Source: Antedon mediterranea (Eukaryota; Animalia; Echinodermata). From it: a stretch of DNA of 64,000 nucleotides. The DNA lies in contig NC_092671.1 in NCBI RefSeq assembly GCF_964355755.1, positions 20,832,001 to 20,896,000 on the forward strand, written 5' to 3'. Made by a program: the position numbers and the translations under genes. How positions within the stretch are numbered: position 1 is the stretch's first letter; every line of letters begins with the position of its first letter. The notes under the pieces were generated by a model, which saw only the letters and a list, made by a program, of their open reading frames with translations, was not told the origin of the DNA and did not search any database. Below, piece by piece: positions 25,490 through 38,214 of this stretch.

Positions 25490-28190
25490 AAGAATTAACC
25501 TTTCACCAAGTGTCAATACAAAATTACTTTTACTTTTTAACCTATTAGTATTAATCGTTGAAATTCATAAAACCGTGCGTAAATTATGTTGCGCAACTCT
25601 GACGTTATAAAATATTATTGAAAGTTTTTGAGATATGCGAGCTACAAAAAAGGAAAGAAGAACTAGATATGAACTCGTCACTTTGACGAGTTAGTTATCC
25701 GCACTACAAACACCACATACACGCTATAAATATATGTAATGCTGTTCACAAAAAAAGATTATACCATTATTACCTGAAGAATATGTTGTTACTGCAGAAT
25801 TCTGTCTATTTTGTGTCATATAGTATATACAGCATACACAGTATATACTGTATACATACTACATAAAGTGTAGCGTAGGTGAAATTACGGGACCCGCCTT
25901 TTATTCCAATTTTTACCATAATGACGTGAGCAACACGAAGATAGCAATTTTGGAAGAAAATAGTCTGAGCAACAACATATTAACACGTTGAAGAGATTCG
26001 AATACGTATAATGTAAATGCGCGATCTTTTAAATGTGATGAACTTTGATGCAAAAGATGAAAACAACTTTTTTTATTCAACTGGCTATATGATGACACCA
26101 CAACATCCGATTGGCACAATTTGTACATGAATTTGTATCTACAATTTAATATCTTCCAGAACACGTTTTAATCATGAGTATCACTTTTTATTCTAAAGAG
26201 CTATAATAGATGGAAATTTACTGTAAAGATGAAAATAGGTGACCCATGTTATTCAAATATTTTGACATGATATTTGTAACTCATGCAAAAGATAATTGAT
26301 TGACCTAGGCAATAATAAAATCTGGGGGGAAATGGAATATGAATGAGCGAGATGCGCTATTTAAATGTGATGAGCTATAACGAAAGAGACAAAAATCATA
26401 TATCTTATATTCGGGTGGCCATACGATGACATCGTAACATCCGATAGGTAAAAAATCTGCATGAATTCATATCTTATCTTCTTGCATAATAAGTCAATTG
26501 GGGTTCACTGTTGACCATGAGGAGCTATAATAGATTCAAAATAGGCATAATTTTGACAATAATTTGTAACTTTTTCAACGTGTTCATATGACATCATTTT
26601 AATTTGAAATGATGGTAATCATTTTTAAAATCACTAGGAAAGGCTGGAAAATCATATTTCAACAGAAAAAAACATTCATACTAAATGTACGCATAACATT
26701 TTTCGCGCGCGTGCGAATTTTGACATGTGTAAAATGTCATAAATTGAGCAAGTTGATTACAAATTAATTTGGCGCATTTTGAAATTTTAAATACGGTTGT
26801 ACGCATAACTTCTTGTAAAACATGCCATTTTTAGTGGACAAAAAGTTGACCCTTCATATGAATTAAACTAATTTTACCAAGTGTCAATGAAAAATAACAT
26901 TTGATTGCTAATCTATGATCGATTATAAAAATGTTCATAAAATCGAGTCATGTTGCGCAACTCTGACGTCATTCAAAAATAGGACGTGCACAACTTCACG
27001 TAAATGTCACATGTTGACAAAGTTATGAATTGTTATGTTTACAAGTTTTTGAGATATGCGAGACACAAAAATGGAGGAGAAAAAAAATCACTTTGACGAG
27101 TTAGTCTGCATGTCATACGCTGGAATATTGCACACAGAAAAGATTATGGCATTATGACCTGAACTGAAGAATGTGATATGTTGTTAGTGCTGAATTCTGT
27201 CTATTTTTTGTCATATACTATATACAATATACACAGTATAATCTGTATACATATTACATACAGTGTAGAAGAGGTGAAATTTCAGGACCTGCCATTTATT
27301 CCTATTTTTAACATGGTGACGCTTTCAAAATGAAACATGAAGATAGCAATTTCGGAAAGAAATTATCTCGGCAACAAAATATTAACGTGTAGAAGAAATT
27401 TGACGTAAAAGATGAAAATACAACTTTTTTTTTTATTAAACTGGCCATATGATGTCACAACATCTGATTGGCAAAAGGTTCACATGAATTCGTATCTTCA
27501 AACCAATAGCTTCCAGAAAACGTTTTAACAATGATTATCATTCTGACGAGCTATATAACAGATTGAAATTTACTGTAACAATGAAAATAAGTGACCCACG
27601 TTATTTAAATTATGATTAACTCGCGCTAAAAGTTTCCCCTTTATATGATTAAATTTTCACAAAGTTTCATAAACAAATAATTTTTGGTTTTCAATCTATA
27701 ATCATTCATTGAAATTCATAAAATCGCGCGTAAGTCATGTTGCGCAACTCGGAAGTCTTAAAACAATAATTGCTTCACAACTTCACATAAATGTACATAT
27801 TTGAGAGATACGCAAGCCACAAAAAAATTACAGAAAGAATACTAGATTTGAACTCGTCACTTTGACGAGTTTGGGTTATCCGCGGCTGGGTTAACGCAAC
27901 ATGCACATATGTTAAACTATATGAACATCGAAAATTATTATGCCATCCTATGACATGAATTAAATCTGTTTACAGTGCTGAATTGTACCTATTTTGTGTT
28001 ACAGTATACACTGTATGTTATATAAAGTGTATGCATAGATGAAATTACGAGACCTATCTTTTAAATCCAATTATTAACGCGATGACATCATCAAACTGAA
28101 ATATTAAGATAACTATTTTAGAAGATAATTATTAAAATAATTCCATTAATGAAAATTTGAAGAAATGCGATGCCCTCTCTTTTAAATATA
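25490..28190 (-). mobile_element. Head-to-tail chain of family A Helentron-type elements
   Basis: 3' ends (aaCTAG..aactcgtcactttgacgagtt..gttatccgc) at 25663, ~27088 (truncated) and 27842, each following a GAAA-rich tract of the previous copy. Confidence 0.8.
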
Positions 28191-28677
28191 ATCTTTATTT
28201 GATATTACTGTAGCAGCAGTGAGTAACGCTATTTTAACGTTTAAAAGAATACATAATGATGACGTGTCAGACGTAAATCTGGCGACATAACGTAACATTG
28301 TATTAGTTTAGTCTTTAATTTATTTATTTTAGGTAGCCTCTTGGTATACACTAACTCATTGATGTCAAAAAGGACCCTAAGCAAAGGGAAATTGAAATAA
28401 AGGGAAATTGAAATAAAGAAACATTGAAGTTACCATTATAGTATTGAGTTTGATGTACGACGTGACATTTATAGAGGCTCGCCCGAGAGAAAGCATATAG
28501 AGGGAGAAGCTAGCGTCATCTACTTACGTGGATCACCGAATGTGAAGATTTTCGAACTTTGTTGGACATTAAGTTGTCCGTACAGACTGTTCGTGAACTT
28601 AATTTATGTTCATGTTTTACATGATTTTTATGTTTATCTAAGCATTTATTTGTATATTAGTAATTCATAATCTTGAA

Positions 28678-31015
28678 ATGTCTTTCAATCCAGAACAATT
28701 TATCGGCGAGGGATTAGATTGGGAAAAGTTTAATGCTTTCAAGAAGCCAGATCTAATGGTACGTACTATCTTGATATTTGACCATACCTGTAAAACATTC
28801 TATGAGAAAGCAGGCAATTAAGAATAACAGACCGGGCGCCCAGAGAATTTATTCATGTGAAAAGCCACAAAGGTTTGATGGGCTGATTATGTAGATATAT
28901 GGCTAAGATTCAATAATCAATATTGCTGCCGGATCATATCCTGTAAATCTGCCCCGGGGACACCAAATAGGAGGGGTAAAAAAGGGATTCAATCATGTGA
29001 AAAGCCACACGGATAAAAGTTGTTGGACATTGTCCGCATATATGTATAGAATGTTAAAACAGCAATAACAGCAACTTTATCCTGTAAGTTGCCGGAGACA
29101 GTAGCCCCAAGTGATCACTAAAAATTGGTTTTATTCATGTGAAGAGCCACACAGCTAATTCCTTTTGCATTGTAACTGTTACACATTGGGATGCAAAAAA
29201 ATACCATTGACAGCAACTTTATCCTGTATGTTGCCCCAAACAGTAGCCCAAAAATGCATGTTGGGCCATACAAGATTTAATCATGCGAATAGCCACACGG
29301 CTAATTTCTTTTGCATTGTAACTGTTACACATTAGGATGCACAAAAATACCATTGACAGCAACTTTACCCTGTAAGTTTCTCCAGACAGTAGACCAAAAA
29401 TGCCTGTTGGGCCATACAAGATTTAATCATGCGAAGAGCCACACAGCTAATTTCTTTTGTATTGTAACTGTTACACATTGGGATGCACAAAAATACCATT
29501 GACAGCAACTTTACCCTGTAAGTTTCTCCAGACAGAAACAATATGCCGTGTGGGTCTTTAAGTTATATATAAATAAATATTATAAGTTTGAGTTATTAAA
29601 TCTTAGGGGTCAGAATCTGAATTTTCACATGAATAAATTCCCGGTCTATAGCTTGATTGATTTTCTAGTTAATGACGACAGTGTCGAAGAAAGTATTTGT
29701 TGAAAAAAATTAAAAGCACGGGTGAATATGTTGAGCAAGAGAGCGAACTAAACAAAACTAAAGGAATGCAACTTAAATTGGAATATTAAATGAAGGAGAT
29801 TGATAAGAAGTTAGAGTATGATAGAATGGAATTTGAGAAATGCAGAATTATGAAGGCGACCGAGTTAGAAGAGAAAAAGTTAAAAATGATTGCATCAGTA
29901 AATGAATCACAATTTGAAGTTAGTAAATGCAAAAGTACAGCAAAGGTTCCAAAATGGCCTCCCTTTTATGAGAATAAGGATGATATTGATTCCTACATTA
30001 GCTGGTTTGAACGCTATGCGAAAACATAAAAATGGCCATAAGAAGAATGGACCACTAATTTAAGAGCGCTCTAAACTGGTGGTGCGCTTGAGGTATATTC
30101 GAGACTACCAAATACAGATGCAGAAAATTATCTAGTCCTAAAAAGTGCGTATGCGATATCAAGCGATATGATTTCAACATTGAGAGGTTCCGTTAAAAAC
30201 TTATATCGAGTACCCCTAATCCTGGTGAGGCTGGAAACCAATATGTGACTAGGTTAAAACATTACCTTCGCCGATGGATAGAGTAAGATTGCATTAGCTA
30301 CAAAAAGTTAGACCAGTCAACCTAACCTTCTAACCAACCACTTTTCAGGCTGCTGCTCTAGCCAGCTACGTCCCATGAGGACTACTCATTCAGAAGCTAA
30401 AGAAAGCAGCAGTTATAGTATCTAAGGCCGACAGTTTTGCGACTTTGTAAACTCGACTATTATTTATAGATTCCAGCTGCTGGACCCAAGAAAGAGAGTC
30501 TATGAGGGCTCACGGTTGAACGATTTTCGATTCTCGCCCTTTGATTGGTTGACGCGAATCAACAGACTGTTGTTGAAGAATTCACTTGTACTGCTGTGAA
30601 GTCACGTTGTCTAGAGGGTATTCAGTTGCATGCCTATACAGGTTGAGATCACACACACAGCACATTCAAAACTGAACATTTTTAAATGGGCATGTGATTC
30701 ATATTTAAAGAACTATCTTGATTTGTATGTATTTTTGCGATTAAAGGACATCTTTTTAATAATTAATCATAATATATCTGAAGAAAGAACAATGATGTCG
30801 AGCGGCGTTTTTTGTAAGAAATATTTCTTGTTTATAATAGCCAATCAGAACAACGTTCTAAATACCAACCTACATTCAATAATAGGCCACCATCATTTTT
30901 ATGTAATGTAACATGTTTTGAATGTTATCAGACAGGTCACATAGTCAAAGATTGTCTCAAGAAGAAATGTAGAGCATGTGGTAAGATGGGTCACTTAGCC
31001 AAGGACTGTAGAACA
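28678..31015 (+). pseudogene. Decayed gag of a second Gypsy element
   Basis: MSFNPEQFIGEGLDWEKFNAFKKPDL..; VPKWPPFYENKDDIDSYISWFERYA..W..L.GGALEVYSRLP; two CCHC knuckles CFECYQTGHIVKDC and CRACGKMGHLAKDC at ~30913-31010; interrupted by insertions. Confidence 0.8.
28829..29647. mobile_element. TIR element with internal ~120-bp tandem array, inserted in Gypsy gag
   Basis: AGACCGGG..AATTTATTCATGTGAAAA ... TTTTCACATGAATAAATTCCCGGTCT; about 5-6 units of catgtgaa.agccacac..cagcaacttta.cctgtaag; excision rejoins 'KQAIKNSLIDFLV'. Confidence 0.75.
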
Positions 31016-31489
31016 CATAGGCTGGGTACGGTACTGTGCAAGAGGCGCCCTAGGACGGGGTAGGATATCGGATGTCTCATGATTATGGTACCATAGATTG
31101 AATTAATGCAGGGTAACTTTGGGCAGTTACAAAAGATTAGCATGGCTTAAATTCTATTAATGATGGATGCCTGTACTAAAGGGGGTGATTGGTTCAACTA
31201 TTGTTTTAGGTAAAACCACCCACCCACAAAGTATTACAACATTTTTTTTGGCCATGTACTGTCGTTCATGCAAAACTTGCAAAAGATCATTAGATACTCT
31301 GTGGATGCATTGTTCAGCCTCCTTCCAGGAGAAACAGGCTTTACGATCGACAATACAACAAAACAACTTTGTACAAGCCTTGGAATTTTAAGATAAACCC
31401 ACAGAGGTCGAAGGGCAGGGAAGCGTGTCTATAAGAAAAGTAGACACCTGTCTACATATAGGCTTACGTCACTGTCTAAGCCGGCTGAC

Positions 31490-33992
31490 ACGTCCATTTC
31501 AGTATGTCTATTGAACGCCAGGTCAATACGGAATAAAACTAGTGAGTTGTACGATTTCATTGAGGAACATAACTATGATGTCATAAGTAGTTACTGAAAC
31601 CTGGCTTCATCAGGATGACAAAGTTTTTGAAACTGTCGTAACTCCAATTACTGACGACACTTTCATACATACCACTAGGGAAGGAAAGCGTGGCGATGGA
31701 GTTGGAATACTTTTTAAATCGTATCTTGAACTTGAGTTTGTTGAAAACTGCACCACTGCATATGAATGCTGTGAAGTGCTCTCCAAATCAGTTTACAGAC
31801 CACCCTCATCTGACGTAAATGTTTTCATTGATGAGTTTTCAGCGTCGATTGACAGGTAGCTCCACGAAAGCCGACCTACAATCCATCTTGGTGATTTCAA
31901 TGTTCACTGATTCTTAGAACAGTAAATCTCGTAAAGTTATTGACATTCTCAATGACTATCGGTCTGGGAATAATAATAATTTCTGATTGTAATACTCGCA
32001 TATTTGATGTTAATAATTTTTGTTTTTTGTTTAGTGATCACTGTGTCGTTGAGTGTAAAGTTAATGTAGACCGAATTATCAAAGAAAAAAATGGTCCACC
32101 TGCACAGCGCATTAGGCGTCGTGACATTAGGTCCATTGATCAGTTACATTTCTGTGAACGAGTTAAGGATTTTGAAAATGTTATAGAACAAAACACATCG
32201 TTATTATCAGTTAGTCAGCTTAACTCATTAATTGATTTGTTTGCTCTGGAAAAAGAAATTCGTATCCGAGAAAGAAGTAAAAACAAACCTTACTATAACA
32301 ACAATCTCAGAGCATGTAAACAATTATTACGCAAACTTGAACGTCAGTGGCGAAACAAAATCTATTTCTAACAAGGATAAGTTTGCTAATCAACAAAGAA
32401 TGTTCAATGCTAAATTACGCAATGCTAAATCAAAATTCATCTCTTCTCAAATTGATAACTGTAATAGTGAAATTAAGAAATTATTTAATATTATTGATAA
32501 ATTTTTTTAAGGTAGTACTAAACAAGTCTTTCCGAGTAATTCCAATATTTTCCATCTGGCCGAACAATTTTCTGATTTTTTCCATAAAAAGATTGGTACT
32601 ATTCGCACTAATCTATCCCAAAACCACACTGACCATGCTATTGTTACTAACATAACTACTACTAACACTGTTACTCTCTGCTCACTTGACTGGGTTGACC
32701 CTATTCTGGTTGCTAAGCTAATTTCCTCCTCTTCTTCGATGTCTTGTTATTTTGACCCCATTCCCACTACACTTTTGAAGACTTTTGTAAAGAGGCTTTT
32801 GCCACCATACTTACTTCCCTTATTAATTTGTCCTTGTCCACTAGTATTTTTCCCAATCAGCTTAAATCGGCTGTCGTCATCCACATCTTGACCCGGAACA
32901 ATTCCAAAACTTTAGACCTATCTCAAATTTACCTTTTCATGCCAAATTAATTGAGAAAGTTAGTTAGTTAGTTAATGTCACACCTTATTAATTTCAATTT
33001 GTTAGACCCATTCCAATCAGCATATAAAGCGAGTCACTGTACAGAAAACAGCTCTTCTTAAGATACTGAATGACATAACAGTTGCTATGGATAGTAGCAA
33101 GCAGTTGCCGTATTGCTTGACTTATCTGCAGCCTTTGATACAGTTGACTCCATAATCTACTTATTGTTATTGCCTTGAGAATTGCCTTAAAGACATCCAT
33201 ACTTGGCTTTCGACCAATCTCCTCAAATTAAATGATAATAAATCTAAATACATCATTTTCTGTACTAATCATATCCGTACTAAAATAGCACCCCATTCTA
33301 TCACTATTGGCTTATCCCTCATACATCCTTCTTAATTAGTTACTATCTTCGTATAAAACTTGACGAATCTCTAAACATGCAAGCACTCATCAGTTACATA
33401 ACTAATAATAATAACCTTCGCAATATTGCACAAATTCGATGCTTTCTTTCTATTCGCTCCACATTCTCTATCATTCATGGTTTTATCTCTTCTCGTCTTG
33501 ATTATTGCAATTCTCTGTTCCATGCCCTTCCGAATTTTGAAATTAATTGTCTTCAACGACTACAAAACTTGGCTGCTCGAATCACTACCTTCACTAACCG
33601 TTGCTCTCACATTACACCTGTTCTTCGAGAACTTCACTGGCTCCCCATTGACAATTGGATCAAATTCAAAATCTTGCTCCTTACATTTAAAGCACTTCTT
33701 TTTAACCAACCTGCTTACATCCGTCAATTAACCACCATTTATATTCCTGGACAGACTCTTAGATCATCTGATGATTTCTTACTCTCTGTTCCACGCATAG
33801 CTACTAAAACCTTTGGCCATAGATAATTTTCTTTTGCATCACCCACACTCTGGAATTCACTCCCCGCAAAAATTAAACACTGCTCTTCTGTTGCCTTATT
33901 TTTAAAATTTCTCAAAACTTATTTTTTCCACCACTAACATGCATAGCACCATTGATTTTGTACTTCGGTCTTTGAATTGACGCTTTATAAAT
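31490..33992 (+). mobile_element. Degenerate L2-type LINE ORF2 nested in the second Gypsy
   Basis: CLLNARSIRNK, TETWL, VYRPP, GDFNVH, SDH, DPIPT.LLK, NFRPISNLPF, DLSAAFDTVD, SRLDYCNSL, LQRLQNLAAR..HITPVLRELHWLPI..FKI; L2-like tail cgctttataaat. Confidence 0.9.
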
Positions 33993-33995
33993 GTT

Positions 33996-34355
33996 TACGT
34001 GTTATCCAGAGGCAGTACCTCCTACCGAACGAGTTGCTGATACACTGGTAAAAGATTTCTCAAGTCTAGGAGTTCCTCGTGTAATGCTAACTGACCAGGG
34101 AGCTCAGTTTACCTCAGAGGTGATGGGCCAGGTAAGTAAACTTCTTTCAATTAAAAAAATAACCACTACTCCTTATCACCCATCTGCAAACGGACTCGTA
34201 GAAAAATACAACAGTACCATAAAACAAATGTTGAAACGAATATGTCAGGAAAGACCAGTGACTGGGATAGATAGCTAGAGCCGTTGGCGATAAGAGAAGC
34301 ACCACAAGAAAGTTTAGGATGTACGTCTCCCCTTGAACTACCATACGGACGTAAG
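33996..34355 (+). pseudogene. Gypsy integrase core fragment
   Basis: YPEAVP..GVPRVMLTDQGAQFTS..TTPYHPSANGLVEKYNSTIKQML. Confidence 0.85.
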
Positions 34356-35462
34356 GTAATACAAATTTGGAATAAAATTGTCTGAGGAACAACATATTAA
34401 CAGAGAAGAATATAGATGCGCGCTCTTTTAAATGTGATGATGCAAAATATGAATTAATGTCTAAAATTTAACAGCTTATTTAACCTCTAATGACCCCTAA
34501 ATTATATGTTCCAAACCAGATTTTGGTAGATTTTGAAAATAAAGTGTCCTACTAGCTACTGAATCAGATAAAAAAGATTTAAAAATTATTCCAATTTGTT
34601 TTGGGTTACCCCCTTTATTTTCATAGATTGCCTGAACTAACACTAACAGCCAATCTGAAAAGTACAAAGTAATGCAAAATTAAAGCTAGATTTAATTCAT
34701 CACTATGACGAATTATAGGTTATATGCATTTATTTAAATAAAAATAATTGTTGTTAAAATATATATTGTTAGATTGATTTTGTCAGAATCTTTAATTATT
34801 TATAATATGAAAGATAGGATCTTTCATACATACAATACAATAAGGAGAATGAGATTGTGGTGCCGCAACACAGTGCCACCAATAGATCTGTCAAACCAAA
34901 TGCAGCAAACTCCCATGATGAATTGTCAATTGAATTGTCCAACCCCTTTGAAGGACTTGCCATAGAAGAGACTATATGTGAACATAACCCTGTAGTAAAT
35001 ACTAATACATCAGTTATTTCAGACATACACACCAAAGAATCAATTGAATGCAAAACTCTACTGATCAGTGATTCAATGCTAAAACATGTAAAGACCAATG
35101 GTCTCCTACAAACTAAAGTGAGGACCATGAGAGGAGCAACGATCAACAAAGTCTGCAATAGATTAAACGAAACAGATCTGAAGGTAAAAGATGCTATTAT
35201 TCATGTTGGAACGAATGATAGAGCAGAAGATAACCGGAAATGTCTACATTTTAGCTGTGTGCCAACGCTTTGATGATTCAAAGGCTAACGAACAAGTGAA
35301 AATTGCCAATAAGATGCTAAAAACTGTCTACAAACAACAATTTATTGACCATGCAACGCACCTAAGTTCTCCAAGTAACTTCACAAAACATGGACTGCTC
35401 CTTAACATCAGGGGAACTACAGCACTACTTCGTAGTATTCATGCTGTTAAACCCATACTCAA

Positions 35463-37932
35463 CTAGAAAGCAACTCCGAGAGTGCATACCTCCGCCTACT
35501 GTAAAATTCTCCTACATAAGATTTCTCCGGTAAAAAAAAAATATATATATATATTTGTGTGTGTCTTAGGCTAATTTCATTACAAGCATGTTGTCATATT
35601 AAATGTTGTGATTCTCTGTGTTTAGAGAAGGATGCTTTAGACCAGGTCCGCCTTATTATTAGCCAATCAAAATCGTATAATTTTTGGAGGGAAAATGTTA
35701 TCCTCCTCTGAAGCCTAAAATTTGCATATCCAGTATAAAAGTAGAATGTAATAGATATTAGGAGAAGAGAGAATAAGATCAGAGTAGATAAACGGAAAGA
35801 TGATAAAGAAAATATTAAGGCTTGACTGGTAGTGGTAGAAAGATGTATTAATAGAGTTACAAGGAATAAAAGTTCTAGTTGAGTTAAATATACTTTTTGT
35901 ATGAGTATCATTAAGTGACAGTGTACGTCGCGTGGAGTTATATACGCCTGAGAAAGCTCGGAACCAACTAAAATAAATTCACTACACATGTGTATGCGAG
36001 TTTGGTGTAATGGTTATGTAACAAGCCTTTCAATTAACAATAGCTTCAGTTGACTATAACAATAGAACAGCAACGCGAAAATCAAACGAGTGAATTTGAA
36101 AAGAAATAGGTTTTTTAAACTACTCGCATCAAAAAACGTGCCCATTAAATCAAATTATGTTTTAAAATTACAAATCACAAATTATAACTCTTGCTTCTTG
36201 TTAAAAAATGAAGTTTTTTGGACAAGTAGTTCTCGAGAAAATGCAATTTCAGTTTACTTGTTAATTTAAGACTGCTCACCGGCTTTTTATAATTCTGTCC
36301 TATCTTTTAACACTAGCAGGTCTGAACATAATTTTTAAAAGTGGCCCAGAATTGGAACCGTGGTCCGGATTTTAACCAAAATTGGGCGGTGTCTTCCTTG
36401 CACCAGGTGACATGTCTGGTAGTAATTTGGAGTCATTCGAATCAAAACTGTGAGCGCTAGAGTGATGACAAACAAACAAACAAACAAACAGATCAACATA
36501 CTTGGCCAATTTTCAATTTGGCCAAGTAACTAGCCTTCGCGCATAGCGCGATACTTGGCCAAATCAAAATTGGCCTCCTGACATTGACCCAATTTTCACC
36601 AAAAGTGTGTGTCTTATGCTGTGTGATTTAGGCTAATTTCACTACAATCATGTGGATACGAGTTTGGTGTACAGGTTATGTAACCAGCCTTTCAACGAAC
36701 AATAGCTTCAGTCTGCTAACAATAGAACAGCAACGCGAAAAACACACGGGTGAATTTGAAAAGAAATAGGTTTTGTAAACTACTCGCATCAAAAAACCTG
36801 TACATTAAATCTAATTATGTTTTAAAATTACAAATCACAAATTATAACACTTGCCTCTTGTACAAAAATGACGTTTTTTGGAGAAGTAGTTCTGGAGAAA
36901 ATGCAATTTTAGTTTACTTGTTAATTTAAGACTGCTCACCGGCCTTTGATAATTCTGGCCTTTCTTTTAACACTAGCAGGTCTGAAAGTAATTTTTAAAA
37001 GTGGTCCAGAATTGGGACCGTGGTCCGGATTTTAACCAAAATTGGGCAGTGTCGTCCTTGCACCAGGTGACATGTTTGGTAGAAATTTGGAGTCATTCGA
37101 ACCAAGACTGTGAGCGCTAGAGTGATGACAAACAAACAAACAAACTAGCCTTTGCGCATAGCACGATACTTGGCCAAATCAAAATTGGCCTCCTGACATT
37201 GACCCAATTTGCACCAAAAGTGTGTGTCTTATGCTGTGTGATTTAGGCTAATTTCACTACAATCATGTGTATATGAGTTTGGTGTACAGGTTATGTAACC
37301 AGCCTTTCAACGAACAATAGCTTCAGTCGGCTAACAATAGAACAGCAACGCGAAAAACACACGGGTGAATTTGAAAAGAAATAGGTTTTGTAAACTACTC
37401 GCATCAAAAAACCTCTTTATTAAATCTAATTCAGTTTTAAAATTACAAATCACAAATTATAACTCTTGCCTCTTGTACAAAAATGAAGTTTTTTGGAGAA
37501 GTAGTTCCCGAGAAAATGCAATTTAAGTTTACTTGTTAATTTAAGACTGCTCACCGGCTTTTGATAATTCTGTCCTATCTTTTAACACTAACAGGTCTGA
37601 AAATAATTTTTAAAAGTGGTCCAGAATTGGGACCGTGGTCCGGATTTTAACCAAAATTGGGCAGTGTCGTCCTTGCACCAGGTGACATGTATGGTAGTAA
37701 TTTGGAGTCATTCGAATCAAAACTGTGAGCGCTAGAGTGATGACAAACAAACAAACACACACACACACACACAAACCGCACCAATCAACATACTTGGCCA
37801 ATTTTCAATTTGGCCAAGTAACAAACAAACACACACACAAACCAAACAGATCAACATACTTGGCCAATTTTCAATTTGGCCAAGTAACAAACACACACTA
37901 CCGATTACATATACCTCCTTGGCGGAGGTAAA
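35463..37932 (-). mobile_element. Composite Helentron-type element (outer ACCTCCGCC family enclosing ~610-bp ACTTGGCCAA family copies)
   Basis: Minus strand: 5' TTTACCTCCGCCAAGGAGGT ... GGCGGAGGT-ATGCACTCTCGGAGTTGC-TTTCTAG-TT 3'. Inner units have an ACTTGGCCAA hairpin, (GTTT)n, a subterminal IR, a CGCGC/GCGCG stem and CTAG at 36530 and 37145; three near-identical ~610-bp blocks span 35980-37820. Confidence 0.88.
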
Positions 37933-38214
37933 TTATTCTAGGAGCAGTGTAAATCGAATGGGTCCTGCAGCTGCCACTAACGTATGTTACAACTACTGCA
38001 ACGAACCTGGTCATGTCAGTCATGCCTGTCATCTTCAATTGGTAAATAACTTTCTGAGAAACTTACTATACCTCCTACTAACCTTAATAACATAAATAAT
38101 GCTGTAAATCAGAATACTTTTAAATTTGATATAATTACACCAGAATATGTTTTTAATGAAATTAATAACATTTCTAACAATAAGGGCTCAGGTCTTGATG
38201 GTATAAATTGTAAA

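Noticed and set aside
28200-28670. 5' LTR and PBS of the second Gypsy element
   Set aside because: No second LTR copy and no clear TG..CA plus PBS could be identified.
29020-29535. Regular repeats resembling a CRISPR array (also 1075-1935 and 35980-37820)
   Set aside because: Whole units are homologous with no unique spacers, they lie inside transposons, there are no cas genes, and the context is eukaryotic.
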